From: Tissierellia bacterium
GTDB lineage: Bacteria > Bacillota > Clostridia > Tissierellales > Tepidimicrobiaceae
Assembly (NCBI GenBank): GCA_012518955.1
Contig: JAAYRD010000168.1
Span: 1 to 60,025, forward strand
DNA: 60,025 bases
Direction: 5' to 3'
This document shows, in pieces, positions 39,891-49,711 of this stretch. The translations under genes and the position numbers were made by a program. The first letter of the stretch is position 1. Each line of letters begins with the position of its first letter. The notes under the pieces were generated by a model. The model did no database searches, was not told the DNA's origin, and saw only the letters and a list, made by a program, of their open reading frames with translations.

Positions 39891-40536
39891 ACATGTTCAT
39901 TTGCTTTGCTACTTCACTAGCAAAGTCTTCATCTCTTTTTTCTAGTCCTTCTCCTACTTCAAATCTAACAAATCTTCTAATTTTAATATTTTCACCTATT
40001 TTTGCAATTTTCTCATTTAATAAATCTTTAACCTTAACACTTGGTTCCTTAATAAAAGGTTGCTCTAATAAGCATATTTGCTCATAAAATTTACCTAATC
40101 TTCCCTCAACAATTTTTGAAGCCACATGTTCTGGTTTTCCTTCATTTACCACTTGATTCATAAGTACTTCTCTTTCTCTTTTTATATCTTCTTCTGGTAC
40201 ATCTTCCTTGCTTACATACTTTGGACTTGAAGCAGCTACTTGCATAGCCATATCCTTTATAAATTGTTTAAACTCATCGGTTTTAGCTACAAAATCAGTT
40301 TCTGTATTTATTTCAATTAAAGCTCCTATTCTACCACCATGTATATATGATTCAACCAATCCCTCTGCTGCTATTCTACTAGATTTTTTTGCAGCTTGTG
40401 AAAGGCCTTTTTCCCTTAATAAGTCTATCGCTTTATCTATATCCCCTTCTGTTTCAACTAATGCATTTCTACAATCAAGCATACCTGCCCCAGTTCTTTC
40501 TCTTAATTCTTTTACTTGTGCTGCGCTTATGCTCAT
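39889..40536 (-). CDS. tsf: translation elongation factor Ts (short form)
   Basis: [22 protein letters not shown]-like N-terminus and a dimerisation core. Confidence 0.95.
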   Translation of the reverse strand: MSISAAQVKELRERTGAGMLDCRNALVETEGDIDKAIDLLREKGLSQAAKKSSRIAAEGLVESYIHGGRIGALIEINTETDFVAKTDEFKQFIKDMAMQVAASSPKYVSKEDVPEEDIKREREVLMNQVVNEGKPEHVASKIVEGRLGKFYEQICLLEQPFIKEPSVKVKDLLNEKIAKIGENIKIRRFVRFEVGEGLEKRDEDFASEVAKQMNM

Positions 40537-40613
40537 TCTATCCCTCCTCTTATTGTTAAAAATGGTAAGAGCATAAAGGATATCATATCCCTTTAAACCC
40601 TTACCCTTTTCTG

Positions 40614-41321
40614 CTAGTCTTCTACTTCTTCTATTTGTTCGCCTTGTTTACCTTCTAAAACAGCATCTGCCATAGTTCCCGTCAATAATTTAACCGCTCT
40701 AATAGCGTCATCATTTCCTGGTATTACATAATCAATCTCATCTGGATCACAGTTTGTATCTACTATAGCCACAACTGGAATTCCTAATATTCTTGCTTCA
40801 TTTACCGCAATTCTTTCTTTTCTAGGATCTACTACGAATAAGGCATCTGGAGTTTTATCCATCTCTTTAATTCCACCTAAAAACTTCTCAAGTCTTTCCC
40901 TTTCTCGATTAAGTTCTATAACTTCTTTTTTAGGTAATACATCAAATATACCCTCTTCTTCCATTTCACCTAGTTTATGAAGCCTATCAATTCTTTTTCT
41001 AATGGTCTTATAATTGGTTAACATACCACCAAGCCATCTTTGATTGACATAGTGCATTCCACATCTCTTAGCCTCAGCTTCAATTGCTTCCTGGGCTTGC
41101 TTCTTCGTACCAACAAATAAAATTTCTCCACCTTCTGCAGCTACTTCTTTTATAAAATCATAAGCCGTACCCACCATCTTTACTGTTTTTTGTAAATCAA
41201 TAATGTAGATTCCATTTCTTTCAGTAAAGATATACTGAGCCATCTTAGGATTCCATCTTCTAGTTTGATGTCCAAAATGCACTCCTGCTTCTAAAAGAGC
41301 TTTCATAGTAATAACTGACAT
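40614..41321 (-). CDS. rpsB: 30S ribosomal protein S2
   Basis: [22 protein letters not shown] 41321 follows a GGAGGTG RBS; the 15 extra N-terminal codons in the track ORF are unlikely to be translated. Confidence 0.96.
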   Translation of the reverse strand: MSVITMKALLEAGVHFGHQTRRWNPKMAQYIFTERNGIYIIDLQKTVKMVGTAYDFIKEVAAEGGEILFVGTKKQAQEAIEAEAKRCGMHYVNQRWLGGMLTNYKTIRKRIDRLHKLGEMEEEGIFDVLPKKEVIELNRERERLEKFLGGIKEMDKTPDALFVVDPRKERIAVNEARILGIPVVAIVDTNCDPDEIDYVIPGNDDAIRAVKLLTGTMADAVLEGKQGEQIEEVED

Positions 41322-41429
41322 AATTAATTCACCTCCATGTTTTATTCCTCCATCTTTATCATACATATAAGGAACCTTAAATAATAAGGCACAACCTTAA
41401 ATGTCAAAAGATGTGTGTAATCCCTTAAG

Positions 41430-41458
41430 TAGTATAACATATAGAATATTTTTAATCA
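41430..41458 (-). promoter_or_regulatory. candidate rpsB promoter (TTGATT-17 nt-TATACT)
   Basis: Minus strand: TTGATT 41458-41453, 17-nt spacer, TATACT 41435-41430. A leader of about 100 nt with duplicated TTAAGGTT follows. Confidence 0.5.
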
Positions 41459-41464
41459 ATCATT

Positions 41465-41920
41465 TTATAAGTTTATATTACCCCACATTTTAATTATTAT
41501 TTCCACTTCCCGCACACCTTTATTTAATCGCTTTGCAATTTCCTCATTGCTAAAACCTATTTCTCTTAAAGATATTATCTCTCTATATAAGGACTCGCTA
41601 GAATCTTTAAACCCCTCATCATTATCTTCAAAAATCTTGTTTATTTGTTTGTTTTTTTTGTTAGTTGCTTTATCGTCTATTTCTATAATTCTATTTTTAC
41701 TATTTAGATTATCTATTTTCTTTAAATTAGTTTGAACTAATTCGTAAAAACTATCTAAAGTATTATCTATAGCCAATGAATAATCCTTTATATCATTATA
41801 AATCAATCTAATTTCATTATATATGTCTTTTTCTTCCTGTGAAATCTTATTGATAAAAAATAAAGACAATGCTATAAATATTAAACCAACAATATTTAAT
41901 AGAACACTTAACATACGCAT
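41465..41920 (-). CDS. hypothetical single-pass membrane protein with a C-terminal HTH-like segment (last gene of the fla/che operon, in the SwrB position)
   Basis: N-terminal helix LSVLLNIVGLIFIALSLFFI. The C-terminal FSNEEIAKRLNKGVREVEIIIKM resembles a sigma region-4 / LuxR-type helix-turn-helix. Confidence 0.55.
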   Translation of the reverse strand: MRMLSVLLNIVGLIFIALSLFFINKISQEEKDIYNEIRLIYNDIKDYSLAIDNTLDSFYELVQTNLKKIDNLNSKNRIIEIDDKATNKKNKQINKIFEDNDEGFKDSSESLYREIISLREIGFSNEEIAKRLNKGVREVEIIIKMWGNINL

Positions 41921-41926
41921 CCCTAC

Positions 41927-42235
41927 TTATATTTTAATATCTATTCTTCCACCTAATTCAGTTCCGTTTTTTTTACTTGTTTTTTTCTTTTCTTTTCTTT
42001 TTCTATTTTGATTTTTGTTTTTTTCTTTCTTGTTTCTTTTATGCTTATCAATTGATAAGCTTTCATTCCGATTGGTATCTCTCACTTTTTTTATGTCCTG
42101 TTTAACTCTTTTATCCTGTTGTAAAAATCCTGCTTTAACTTCCATTTGAAACCTACTATTTTCTTCCTGTTTCTGTTTTGTTATTTCCTGCGATTTAGAA
42201 ATTAAACTTGTATAATCCACTGGCCTAATTGACAC
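41927..42235 (-). CDS. hypothetical Lys/Asn-rich low-complexity protein
   Basis: 102 aa, GTG start, C-terminal KRNKKEKNKNQNRKRKEKKKTSKK tract. No recognisable domain. Confidence 0.4.
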   Translation of the reverse strand: MSIRPVDYTSLISKSQEITKQKQEENSRFQMEVKAGFLQQDKRVKQDIKKVRDTNRNESLSIDKHKRNKKEKNKNQNRKRKEKKKTSKKNGTELGGRIDIKI

Positions 42236-42245
42236 GATATCACTC

Positions 42246-43658
42246 CTAGTATGGACCTACCCTAATATCCCCTTCATCTCTATAAAATGTGCACCTCTTC
42301 ATTTCATCCTTTACAAAATAGGTACTGTTTCCTATTGTAATTTTCACTCCTGGATATATGGTTCCTGCTACTTTTATTTTACCTTTAGATGATTTTTTTA
42401 TATTTTTATTTATAAGTTCCTCTTCCTGTTTTAAAGAGTTCAATTTCTTAGTTAAGCTATTTCTTGTTTTTATTAGTTTTACATACATCTTTAATTTTTC
42501 ATCATCTAATTCATGCACTCTTTTAAGATTGTCCAGTAAATTTATAGATTTTATAACTTTTTGTAAATTATCTTTAACAGTATCAATACTTTCTTTTAAG
42601 CTGTTAATCTTATTTTGATCCGAAGGTTCTCCCCCGATTTCCAAAACAGTAGTAGTGGCCATGTTCGAGCCAATTGTCTTGGCTCTAATTTCTTTTCCAG
42701 CTCTACAAATGCCACCAGCAATTAATCCCCTTTTACCTATAACTACTATGTTCTCACCACTAATAACATTGCTATGCATAATCGCTTCAGCTGTAATGTT
42801 TTTATCTGATTCTATTTTTGCATTTTCAATAAACTTTGTAATTATACTTCCTTTTGTCCTAACAGCCAATCTATTGTAGCCCTGTATACCTTGCTTGACT
42901 AATACATCTCCCGTATTTTGTATACATCCTCCTTCCACCAAACCTTTTACTTCTACATCACCATAAGCTTTAACCTTATATCCGTTTAAGATGTTTTTTC
43001 TTACAATAACAGTCCCATTAAAATAGATATTACCTACCTTTTTATCAACATTAGATACTTCAAAGACTTCAGATATTGTAACTTTACCATTATTTAATCC
43101 TACAAGACCGCTTTTTTCCGCTACTAAAAAAACTCCTTCTTCTAGTAAAGTAACATTTTTACCATACCTTAAAATAGGCTTTTTCCCCTTTTTATAAGGT
43201 ATGATTTCGCCAGTTACCTTAAAGCCATGTTTGCCTTCCTTAGGATGCACTAACTCTGCCAGCTGTTCCCCTTTGTTTACATTATTGATACTATCCAATT
43301 CTCTATAATCTACTGTTCCGTCTTTTAATATCTTAGGGGTTAATTTTTTTTCTCGATCAAAAAAATACTTTATATATCCATCTTTTCCGTCAATGGGCAA
43401 TACTCCTTCTGCAATACGTATTTTTTTATTATAATCTTTGTCTAGTAAAGCTTGTCTTAACTTATCTTCCTTTAAGCCTACAGTAATAATATCCTTTATT
43501 TCTTTTATTATCTCGTCTATTTCAACTTTTTTATAATTGTTCATATGATTTTCTTTGTTTTTTACAGCATCTAAGTTTTCATCTTCTATTAAAGTAATGT
43601 AAGCTTCCATTCCATCCTTAGACACCTCTAACATTATATTTGGCGAAATTTTATGCAT
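42246..43658 (-). CDS. FapA/DUF342 family protein (flagellar-assembly associated)
   Basis: 470 aa with a beta-helix-like repeated G-x-V/I segment and a C-terminal coiled coil. Typical position after sigD in clostridial fla operons. Confidence 0.7.
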   Translation of the reverse strand: MHKISPNIMLEVSKDGMEAYITLIEDENLDAVKNKENHMNNYKKVEIDEIIKEIKDIITVGLKEDKLRQALLDKDYNKKIRIAEGVLPIDGKDGYIKYFFDREKKLTPKILKDGTVDYRELDSINNVNKGEQLAELVHPKEGKHGFKVTGEIIPYKKGKKPILRYGKNVTLLEEGVFLVAEKSGLVGLNNGKVTISEVFEVSNVDKKVGNIYFNGTVIVRKNILNGYKVKAYGDVEVKGLVEGGCIQNTGDVLVKQGIQGYNRLAVRTKGSIITKFIENAKIESDKNITAEAIMHSNVISGENIVVIGKRGLIAGGICRAGKEIRAKTIGSNMATTTVLEIGGEPSDQNKINSLKESIDTVKDNLQKVIKSINLLDNLKRVHELDDEKLKMYVKLIKTRNSLTKKLNSLKQEEELINKNIKKSSKGKIKVAGTIYPGVKITIGNSTYFVKDEMKRCTFYRDEGDIRVGPY

Positions 43659-43672
43659 ACAATACCCCCTAA

Positions 43673-44335
43673 TTAATGTTCATAAATAGACTCTTTAATT
43701 AGTTGATTTTTAATATTTAAAATTGCCTTACTATGAATTTGAGAAATCCTAGATTCCGATAATTCCATTATGTATCCAATTTCCTTATAAGTTAATTCCT
43801 CATAGTAGTATAAAGATATTACAGTCTTTTCTTGAACCGTCAGCATATCAATGGCATTAGATAAGATTTCCTTTAACTCCTTTGACTCAAAAGCTTGTTC
43901 TGGTGTAGTAGAATTTTGATTACTCCCAATGCTGTATTCACCTTTGTTTATTAACAAATCTTCTAAGGAAATCATGTTAAAGTTTGCTATATCTGCTAAT
44001 ATTGATTCTAGTTCTTCTATTGGAATGTTTAAAAATTTAGATAGTTCATAATTAGACGGTACCCTTCCCAACTTATTTTCTAAACTTATCATTGCGCTTT
44101 GAATATCTTTTGATTTCTTTCTTAATGATCTAGGAACCCAATCAAGTTTTCTTATATTATCAATAATCGTGCCTCTAATCCTGATTTGAGCATAAGTTTC
44201 AAACTTAACATTTTTGCTTAAGTCAAAACGTTCTATGCTATCCATCAAACCCATAGCTCCAAAACCAACCAAGTCATCATATTCTATTTTACTCCCATAG
44301 AAATTATACATTCTACCAGCAACTATCTTTACCAA
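43673..44335 (-). CDS. sigD: flagellar sigma factor SigD/FliA, interrupted: the natural N-terminus (ATG 44419) is cut off by an in-frame TAA at 44357-44359
   Basis: Regions 2-4 are present (FETYAQIRIRGTIID; LTYKEIGYIMELSESRISQIHSKA). The upstream in-frame reading MKTDELWKRYAQTRDRDIKQ-stop-LIEEYIDLVKIVAGR aligns with the SigD N-terminus. Confidence 0.8.
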   Translation of the reverse strand: MVKIVAGRMYNFYGSKIEYDDLVGFGAMGLMDSIERFDLSKNVKFETYAQIRIRGTIIDNIRKLDWVPRSLRKKSKDIQSAMISLENKLGRVPSNYELSKFLNIPIEELESILADIANFNMISLEDLLINKGEYSIGSNQNSTTPEQAFESKELKEILSNAIDMLTVQEKTVISLYYYEELTYKEIGYIMELSESRISQIHSKAILNIKNQLIKESIYEH

Positions 44336-44444
44336 GTCTATGTATTCTTCTATTAATTATTGCTTTATATCTCTATCCCTTGTTTGAGCATACCTTTTCC
44401 ACAATTCATCTGTTTTCATTGTTTATTTACCCCCCTATAGGATA

Positions 44445-44927
44445 CTAAATAATCTTAACTCCGTGACCTATAGTTTTTACTAGTAATAAACCATCCTCGG
44501 CATTTAGTTCAATAGTTCTACCATAATTGCCACCAATATCTTCAGAGATAATTTGTATATTTAGTTCATTTAACTTTTTTTTAGTTGCTAATGTATTTCT
44601 TTGCCCTATCTTTAAGATATCGTTATTTTTACCGAAAGCAAACATTTGTGAACCCCCAGTAACCTTTGCAGTTAAATTTCTCTTAAAGGCGCCATTTTGA
44701 ATCATCTTTTCTATTAATAATTCTATCCCAGTATCAACAAATTTTGCTTTATTTTCATTGTTTCTAATTTCTTTACTAGATGGAAGCATTGCATGAGCCA
44801 ACCCAGCTACTTTGTTATATTTGTCATATAGAGCTATGCCTACACAGGACCCTAACCCAAGAGTTGTTAGTATTCCAGGAGTTTTTACCACATTTAAATC
44901 TGCCATACCAACTTTAATTATCTTCAT
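44445..44927 (-). CDS. cheD: chemoreceptor glutamine deamidase CheD
   Basis: LGLGSCVGIALYD...GLAHAMLP, the typical CheD sequence. Confidence 0.93.
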   Translation of the reverse strand: MKIIKVGMADLNVVKTPGILTTLGLGSCVGIALYDKYNKVAGLAHAMLPSSKEIRNNENKAKFVDTGIELLIEKMIQNGAFKRNLTAKVTGGSQMFAFGKNNDILKIGQRNTLATKKKLNELNIQIISEDIGGNYGRTIELNAEDGLLLVKTIGHGVKII

Positions 44928-44928
44928 A

Positions 44929-45537
44929 CTACGATACTCCTAAACTTGATAATATTTTTTCGAAAGAAACCATATCAGGCAACAAGAACAAATTACCTTT
45001 GACACTATTATTACCCTCTTCAAAAATAGTCTCTATCAACAAAACCTGATCAGAGATATAACCAAATTGAATAGCTGGAACACTTAGAATTGCTCCCGCC
45101 ATATCTATAGCCAGGGAAGGAACCGATATAGCTATATCTAAATTGGTTAGACTACTTAAGGAGTTTACATATGAAGAAGCTAATATGTTTCCCACTTCTG
45201 ATAAGGCTGACATTGCCATATCATCTAATTCATCTTTTCTCTCTGTCCTATTTAGCAGCATATTAGTCAAGTTTATAGCAGAATCCAAATCTAATATAAA
45301 CATAATATTACCACTAATATCCCTATTAAGATCTAAGTATATTCCGACTACTAATCTTTCCTCTCCACCTAGTACTTTAGCAACATCTTTAAACTCTAAT
45401 ATCCTCACTCTAGGCACATTCATATCAACTCGCTTTGATAACATTCTAGCTAGTGCTGTAACAGCATTGCCAGAACCAATATTACCTATTTCCCCTAATA
45501 TATCTATCATCATAGTGTTTAAATTTGTAACATCCAT
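44929..45537 (-). CDS. cheC: CheY-P phosphatase CheC
   Basis: Duplicated EIGNIGSGNA / EVGNILASS CheC motifs. Confidence 0.9.
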   Translation of the reverse strand: MDVTNLNTMMIDILGEIGNIGSGNAVTALARMLSKRVDMNVPRVRILEFKDVAKVLGGEERLVVGIYLDLNRDISGNIMFILDLDSAINLTNMLLNRTERKDELDDMAMSALSEVGNILASSYVNSLSSLTNLDIAISVPSLAIDMAGAILSVPAIQFGYISDQVLLIETIFEEGNNSVKGNLFLLPDMVSFEKILSSLGVS

Positions 45538-45551
45538 GGTTTTATTCTCTC

Positions 45552-45983
45552 CTAATACTCTAATACCTTAACTAAATCCAATAATATTATCAATCTATCT
45601 AAGGTTTTCCCTATACCACTTATAAATTCAGTAGATTCATTCCCTTCGGTTCTAGGAGGTGGGTCTATATTTTCTCTATCTATTTCTATTACTTCTGATG
45701 AAGAATCAACTATTAAACCTGCCACTATATCATCCATGGAGACCACTATTATTCTTGAGTTCTTATCATGTTCTTTTAGTTCTATATCCAATCTCATTCT
45801 TAAGTTTATTAAAGGGATTACCTCTCCTCTTAAATTAATTACTCCTTTTACATACTTTGGTGCATTTGGAACCCTAGTAACCTTTTCCACCTTTTCTATC
45901 GATAAAACATTGTCTATGGCAATTCCATAATATTCCTCGTCTAATTTAAATATTACATATTTGCTTTCCATTTCAGAAGACAT
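45552..45983 (-). CDS. cheW: chemotaxis coupling protein CheW
   Basis: 143 aa, YVIFKLDEEYYGI...GVINLRGEVIPLINLR. Confidence 0.93.
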   Translation of the reverse strand: MSSEMESKYVIFKLDEEYYGIAIDNVLSIEKVEKVTRVPNAPKYVKGVINLRGEVIPLINLRMRLDIELKEHDKNSRIIVVSMDDIVAGLIVDSSSEVIEIDRENIDPPPRTEGNESTEFISGIGKTLDRLIILLDLVKVLEY

Positions 45984-45996
45984 ATCTGGTCCCCCT

Positions 45997-48000
45997 TTAC
46001 ATTAATGAATTTACATCTAATATTAGAGATATATTACCATCTCCTAAAATTGTAGCACCTGATAAGTATTTAATATTAGATAGATATTTGCCTAAAGGTT
46101 TGATGACTATTTCCTGCTGTCCAATTAATCCATCTACTAGTAAAGCAGCCTGCTTTTCACCTTTTCTGGCTATAATCGCTATATATTCATCTGATTTTTC
46201 TATGTCATTTACTCCTACTATTCGATTTAATTCTATTATAGGTATGGTTTTTCCTCTATACAGTATAACTTCTTGATCATGAATACTTTTAATCTCTTCC
46301 TTTGAAATCTTAATTATTTCTGTTATCGAGCTCAATGGTATAGCATATATTTCATTGCTTAGCCTAATTAAAAGAGCTTGTATTATTGCTAAAGTAAGGG
46401 GAAGTCTTATAGTAAATTTGGTACCTTTATAAAGTTGAGTATCTACCTCGATAGATCCACTTATTGACTCTATCTTACTTTTTACTACGTCAAGACCTAC
46501 CCCTCTTCCTGAAATATCTGACACTTCTTCGGTAGTACTGAATCCTGGGGTAAATAATAGAGCAATAGCTTCTTCTTCGGATAATAGTTCTCCCTCTTGT
46601 TTGCTGATAACCCCTTTTTGTATAGCCTTTTCCTTAATCTCATTGCCATCCAAACCTTTTCCGTCATCCTCTGCTTCAATGATAACACTATTTCCATTCG
46701 CATAAGCTTTTAAAATTATAGTTCCCTCTTTTTTCTTACCACGCTTTATTCTTTCTTCCGGTGTTTCTATGCCATAATCTATGGAATTTCTTATTATATG
46801 TATTAATGGCTCTCCTATTTCATCAATAACAGTTCTGTCAACCTCAGTATCCTTACCAGACATTTGAAGGTTGATCTCTTTTTCTAATTCTTTAGATAAA
46901 TCTCTTACCATTCGAGGAAATCTATTGAAGACTCTCTCTATGGGAACCATACGTACTTTCATAACTGCATCATGGATGCTTGTGGTAATCCTTTCCAGAT
47001 ACTCAATAGCCTCAGCCATATTTTCTTTATTGGAAGATTGGCTTAACTCATCCATTCTAGTTTTTATTATTATTAACTCACTAACCAAGTTCATTAGGTT
47101 GTCCAATCTATCAATATCCACTCTAACCGTCTTACCAATCATGTTGGTTCTATTGGTTGTCTCATCCTTTTCATTTCTTTTCAATAATTCTTTTTTAAAT
47201 TTATTTGACTTTTCCGTGTTTTCTTCTATGGTTTGTAAATTGGTCATAAGACTATCTACATCTAATCTGTTTATAGAAAAATCATCAATTTCAGAGATAC
47301 TACTTAGTTCTTCTTTTATTTTTTCAGAATTAAATTCAGAAATAAAAACAACGGAAAACTTAGAATCAAATTTTTCATCTTCAATATCTTCCACAGAGGG
47401 ATTCGAATAAACTATTTCCCCAATAGACTCTAGATTGTTAAAGATAATAAAAGCTCTAGCTGCTTTAAGCATGCAGCTTGTGCTCAATATGATATCAATT
47501 TTATATGAAATTAATCCTTTGTTCTTAGCTTCTTCTAATATGTTTAATACGTATTCATTGATGTCCTCTAATTTTTTATGAGAGCTTTCATCACGATTTT
47601 CCTGCATTTGACTATCATCAGATATAGATCTTAATTTATGTATTAAATCTTTATAATCATCATCTTTTTCTTGTCCATTAGTTGCTATAAGATTAATAGA
47701 ATAATCCAACATATCAAAACATTCAAATATAATATCAATAATATCTTCATTTAAGGTAACCGCATTGCTTCTAACCCCATGTAATACATTTTCCATCTCA
47801 TGGGTCAAATTGCTCATATTTATAAATCCCATGGTTCCCGACATACCTTTCAATGTATGAGCTACCCTAAATATCTCATTGATTAAGGATATATTGCTTG
47901 TGTCTTTCTCAAGTTCCAATAATGCTTCATTCATATTTTGTAGATGTTCCTTAGCTTCTTCTACGAATACATCTATATATTGATTTAAATCTAAGTCCAT
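45997..48000 (-). CDS. cheA: chemotaxis histidine kinase CheA
   Basis: HPt (FRVAHTLKGMSGTMG), dimerisation and HATPase (GRGVGLDVV) domains, and a C-terminal CheW-like domain. Confidence 0.96.
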   Translation of the reverse strand: MDLDLNQYIDVFVEEAKEHLQNMNEALLELEKDTSNISLINEIFRVAHTLKGMSGTMGFINMSNLTHEMENVLHGVRSNAVTLNEDIIDIIFECFDMLDYSINLIATNGQEKDDDYKDLIHKLRSISDDSQMQENRDESSHKKLEDINEYVLNILEEAKNKGLISYKIDIILSTSCMLKAARAFIIFNNLESIGEIVYSNPSVEDIEDEKFDSKFSVVFISEFNSEKIKEELSSISEIDDFSINRLDVDSLMTNLQTIEENTEKSNKFKKELLKRNEKDETTNRTNMIGKTVRVDIDRLDNLMNLVSELIIIKTRMDELSQSSNKENMAEAIEYLERITTSIHDAVMKVRMVPIERVFNRFPRMVRDLSKELEKEINLQMSGKDTEVDRTVIDEIGEPLIHIIRNSIDYGIETPEERIKRGKKKEGTIILKAYANGNSVIIEAEDDGKGLDGNEIKEKAIQKGVISKQEGELLSEEEAIALLFTPGFSTTEEVSDISGRGVGLDVVKSKIESISGSIEVDTQLYKGTKFTIRLPLTLAIIQALLIRLSNEIYAIPLSSITEIIKISKEEIKSIHDQEVILYRGKTIPIIELNRIVGVNDIEKSDEYIAIIARKGEKQAALLVDGLIGQQEIVIKPLGKYLSNIKYLSGATILGDGNISLILDVNSLM

Positions 48001-49052
48001 TATTGCACCCCCACTATACTCATTATTTCATTAGCAATACCATTCAAAGGAATAATTTTATCTACACAGCCTGTTTCTATTGCTAATTTTGGCATTCCAA
48101 AAACTACAGATGATTCTTTGTCCTGAGCTATAATATATCCATTGGATTTTTTAATTTCAGTAATTCCCCTGGCACCATCTGAGCCCATGCCCGTCATAAC
48201 GATTCCAACTTTATCTAAGTTATCCAACTTTGCAACAGATTCCATCAGGATATCAGCTGCAGGTCTTAGTCCTTTTATAGGCTTTTCCTTATTAAGTCTT
48301 ATAATATGTTTATTGTTAATAGTTTCTACCCTCATATGATAATCCCCAGGAGCTATATAACAACATCCTCTTTTTAAAACATCCCCTTCTTCACCCTCTT
48401 TAACATTTATATTAGATAAAACATTTAATCTATCCGATAGGGATTTGGTAAATTTAGGAGGCATATGCTGTACTACTACTATAGCTGCATTAATTTTTGC
48501 TGACAACAAAGGCAAAACACTTTGTAAAGCTCGAGGACCTCCAGTGGATGTTCCTATAGCTATTATGTATTCAAATTCTTTAGTAGAGCTATTAGGTTTT
48601 GGTATATGAATTTTAGAAGGTCTTATAATACTTTTCTTTTTATAATCTAATTTTATTTTATATTTAGATGCAGCTTTTATTTTATTAGTTATATCTGACC
48701 TAATCTTTTCATCACTTAGTTTGAAAATATCTTTTGGCTTTGGTATAAAATCAATAGCTCCTTCTTCTAAAGCTTTCAAAGTCAAATTAGCTCCTTCTGT
48801 TGTTAAGCTGCTAATCATAACCACAGGAATATTGTAGTTTTTAGTGATATTTTTCAGTGTATCAATACCATCCATGATTGGCATCTCTATATCTAAAGTT
48901 ATTACATCAGGTTTAAGTAAGGGAATTTTCTTCAGGGCTTCCTCCCCATGTCCTGCCTCACCAACTACAATAATTTCTTCATCCTTTTTACAAATATCAG
49001 TTAATACTTTTCGCATAAATGGTGAATCATCTACTATTAGTAATCTTATCAA
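48000..49052 (-). CDS. cheB: chemotaxis response regulator protein-glutamate methylesterase CheB
   Basis: REC domain (LIVDDS...DIEMP) and methylesterase domain (GTSTGGP...VVQHMP...GMGSDG). Confidence 0.95.
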   Translation of the reverse strand: MIRLLIVDDSPFMRKVLTDICKKDEEIIVVGEAGHGEEALKKIPLLKPDVITLDIEMPIMDGIDTLKNITKNYNIPVVMISSLTTEGANLTLKALEEGAIDFIPKPKDIFKLSDEKIRSDITNKIKAASKYKIKLDYKKKSIIRPSKIHIPKPNSSTKEFEYIIAIGTSTGGPRALQSVLPLLSAKINAAIVVVQHMPPKFTKSLSDRLNVLSNINVKEGEEGDVLKRGCCYIAPGDYHMRVETINNKHIIRLNKEKPIKGLRPAADILMESVAKLDNLDKVGIVMTGMGSDGARGITEIKKSNGYIIAQDKESSVVFGMPKLAIETGCVDKIIPLNGIANEIMSIVGVQ

Positions 49053-49706
49053 TTAAATCAGCTCTTTTTCTCTTAATAATCGTTCTTTTAAAAATATAAA
49101 TTTTACTATACTGTCTCTATCGTTTTCACTTAGCTTTACAAAATCAATCCCCAAGCTATATTTATAATCGAATGTATCTACTTTCCCAACTCTTACGACC
49201 TTACATTTATTGTCTATAATATGATCTTTTATTTGAAACTTACATCGGATAATATCCCCAACCCTATGTTTAAAGTTAGAGTATATTTTTAATCCTGAAG
49301 CGCTAATATCCTTAGTTCTACATTCCTCAATTTTAATTTCGTTCTTAATTATACTTTCTTTTATTACCGGTATGGAAATATCAAATCTATAAAATTTTCT
49401 TCGCTGGTCTCTTTTAATATCAGATATTTTTTGAATTTCTAGTTGATAGATATCTTTATAGCTGCGCTTCAAAATTATTGCATCAAAAGTATACCTTCCT
49501 CTATTCTCCACCGTATAACTAATTTTTATCTTCTCATCTATATGCATCATAACTAAGTTCTGTCTATGAATAGGACCACTTATAATGAATGTTTCTTCCG
49601 TTGTAGTATTCAATACTTGGCTCGAATAAGATTTTTTAGACTTGGAAGTCAACTTGATTATTTCAATCCTATCGCCAATATGTGGAGTACCGTTCTGAGA
49701 TATCAT
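49053..49706 (-). CDS. PilZ-domain flagellar brake-type c-di-GMP receptor (YcgR/MotI-like)
   Basis: N-terminal YcgR-like barrel, then the PilZ motifs RRKFYRFD (RxxxR) and DISASGLKI (DxSxxG). Confidence 0.8.
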   Translation of the reverse strand: MISQNGTPHIGDRIEIIKLTSKSKKSYSSQVLNTTTEETFIISGPIHRQNLVMMHIDEKIKISYTVENRGRYTFDAIILKRSYKDIYQLEIQKISDIKRDQRRKFYRFDISIPVIKESIIKNEIKIEECRTKDISASGLKIYSNFKHRVGDIIRCKFQIKDHIIDNKCKVVRVGKVDTFDYKYSLGIDFVKLSENDRDSIVKFIFLKERLLREKELI

Positions 49707-49711
49707 ATATA

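Noticed and set aside
41960-42050. A long pyrimidine-rich low-complexity tract that looks like a simple-sequence repeat.
   Set aside because: It is the coding strand complement of the Lys/Asn/Arg-rich tail of the 102-aa ORF. It is not a regular tandem repeat, and no unit length could be defined.
46497-46703. A 68-aa minus-strand ORF in an alternative frame inside cheA.
   Set aside because: It is fully nested in the conserved HATPase region of cheA. It has no RBS or recognisable sequence and is explained by chance.
46871-47410. Long plus-strand ORFs antisense to well-supported minus-strand genes. Examples: 46871-47410 (179 aa), 53340-53909 (189 aa), 34391-34822, 45143-45571, 36013-36399, 58716-59096 and many 60-110 aa ones.
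   Set aside because: Each lies wholly inside a conserved gene on the other strand. Their translations are low-complexity Ser/Ile/Leu/Phe-rich strings with no motifs or RBS. They are typical shadow ORFs of an A/T-rich genome with biased codon usage.
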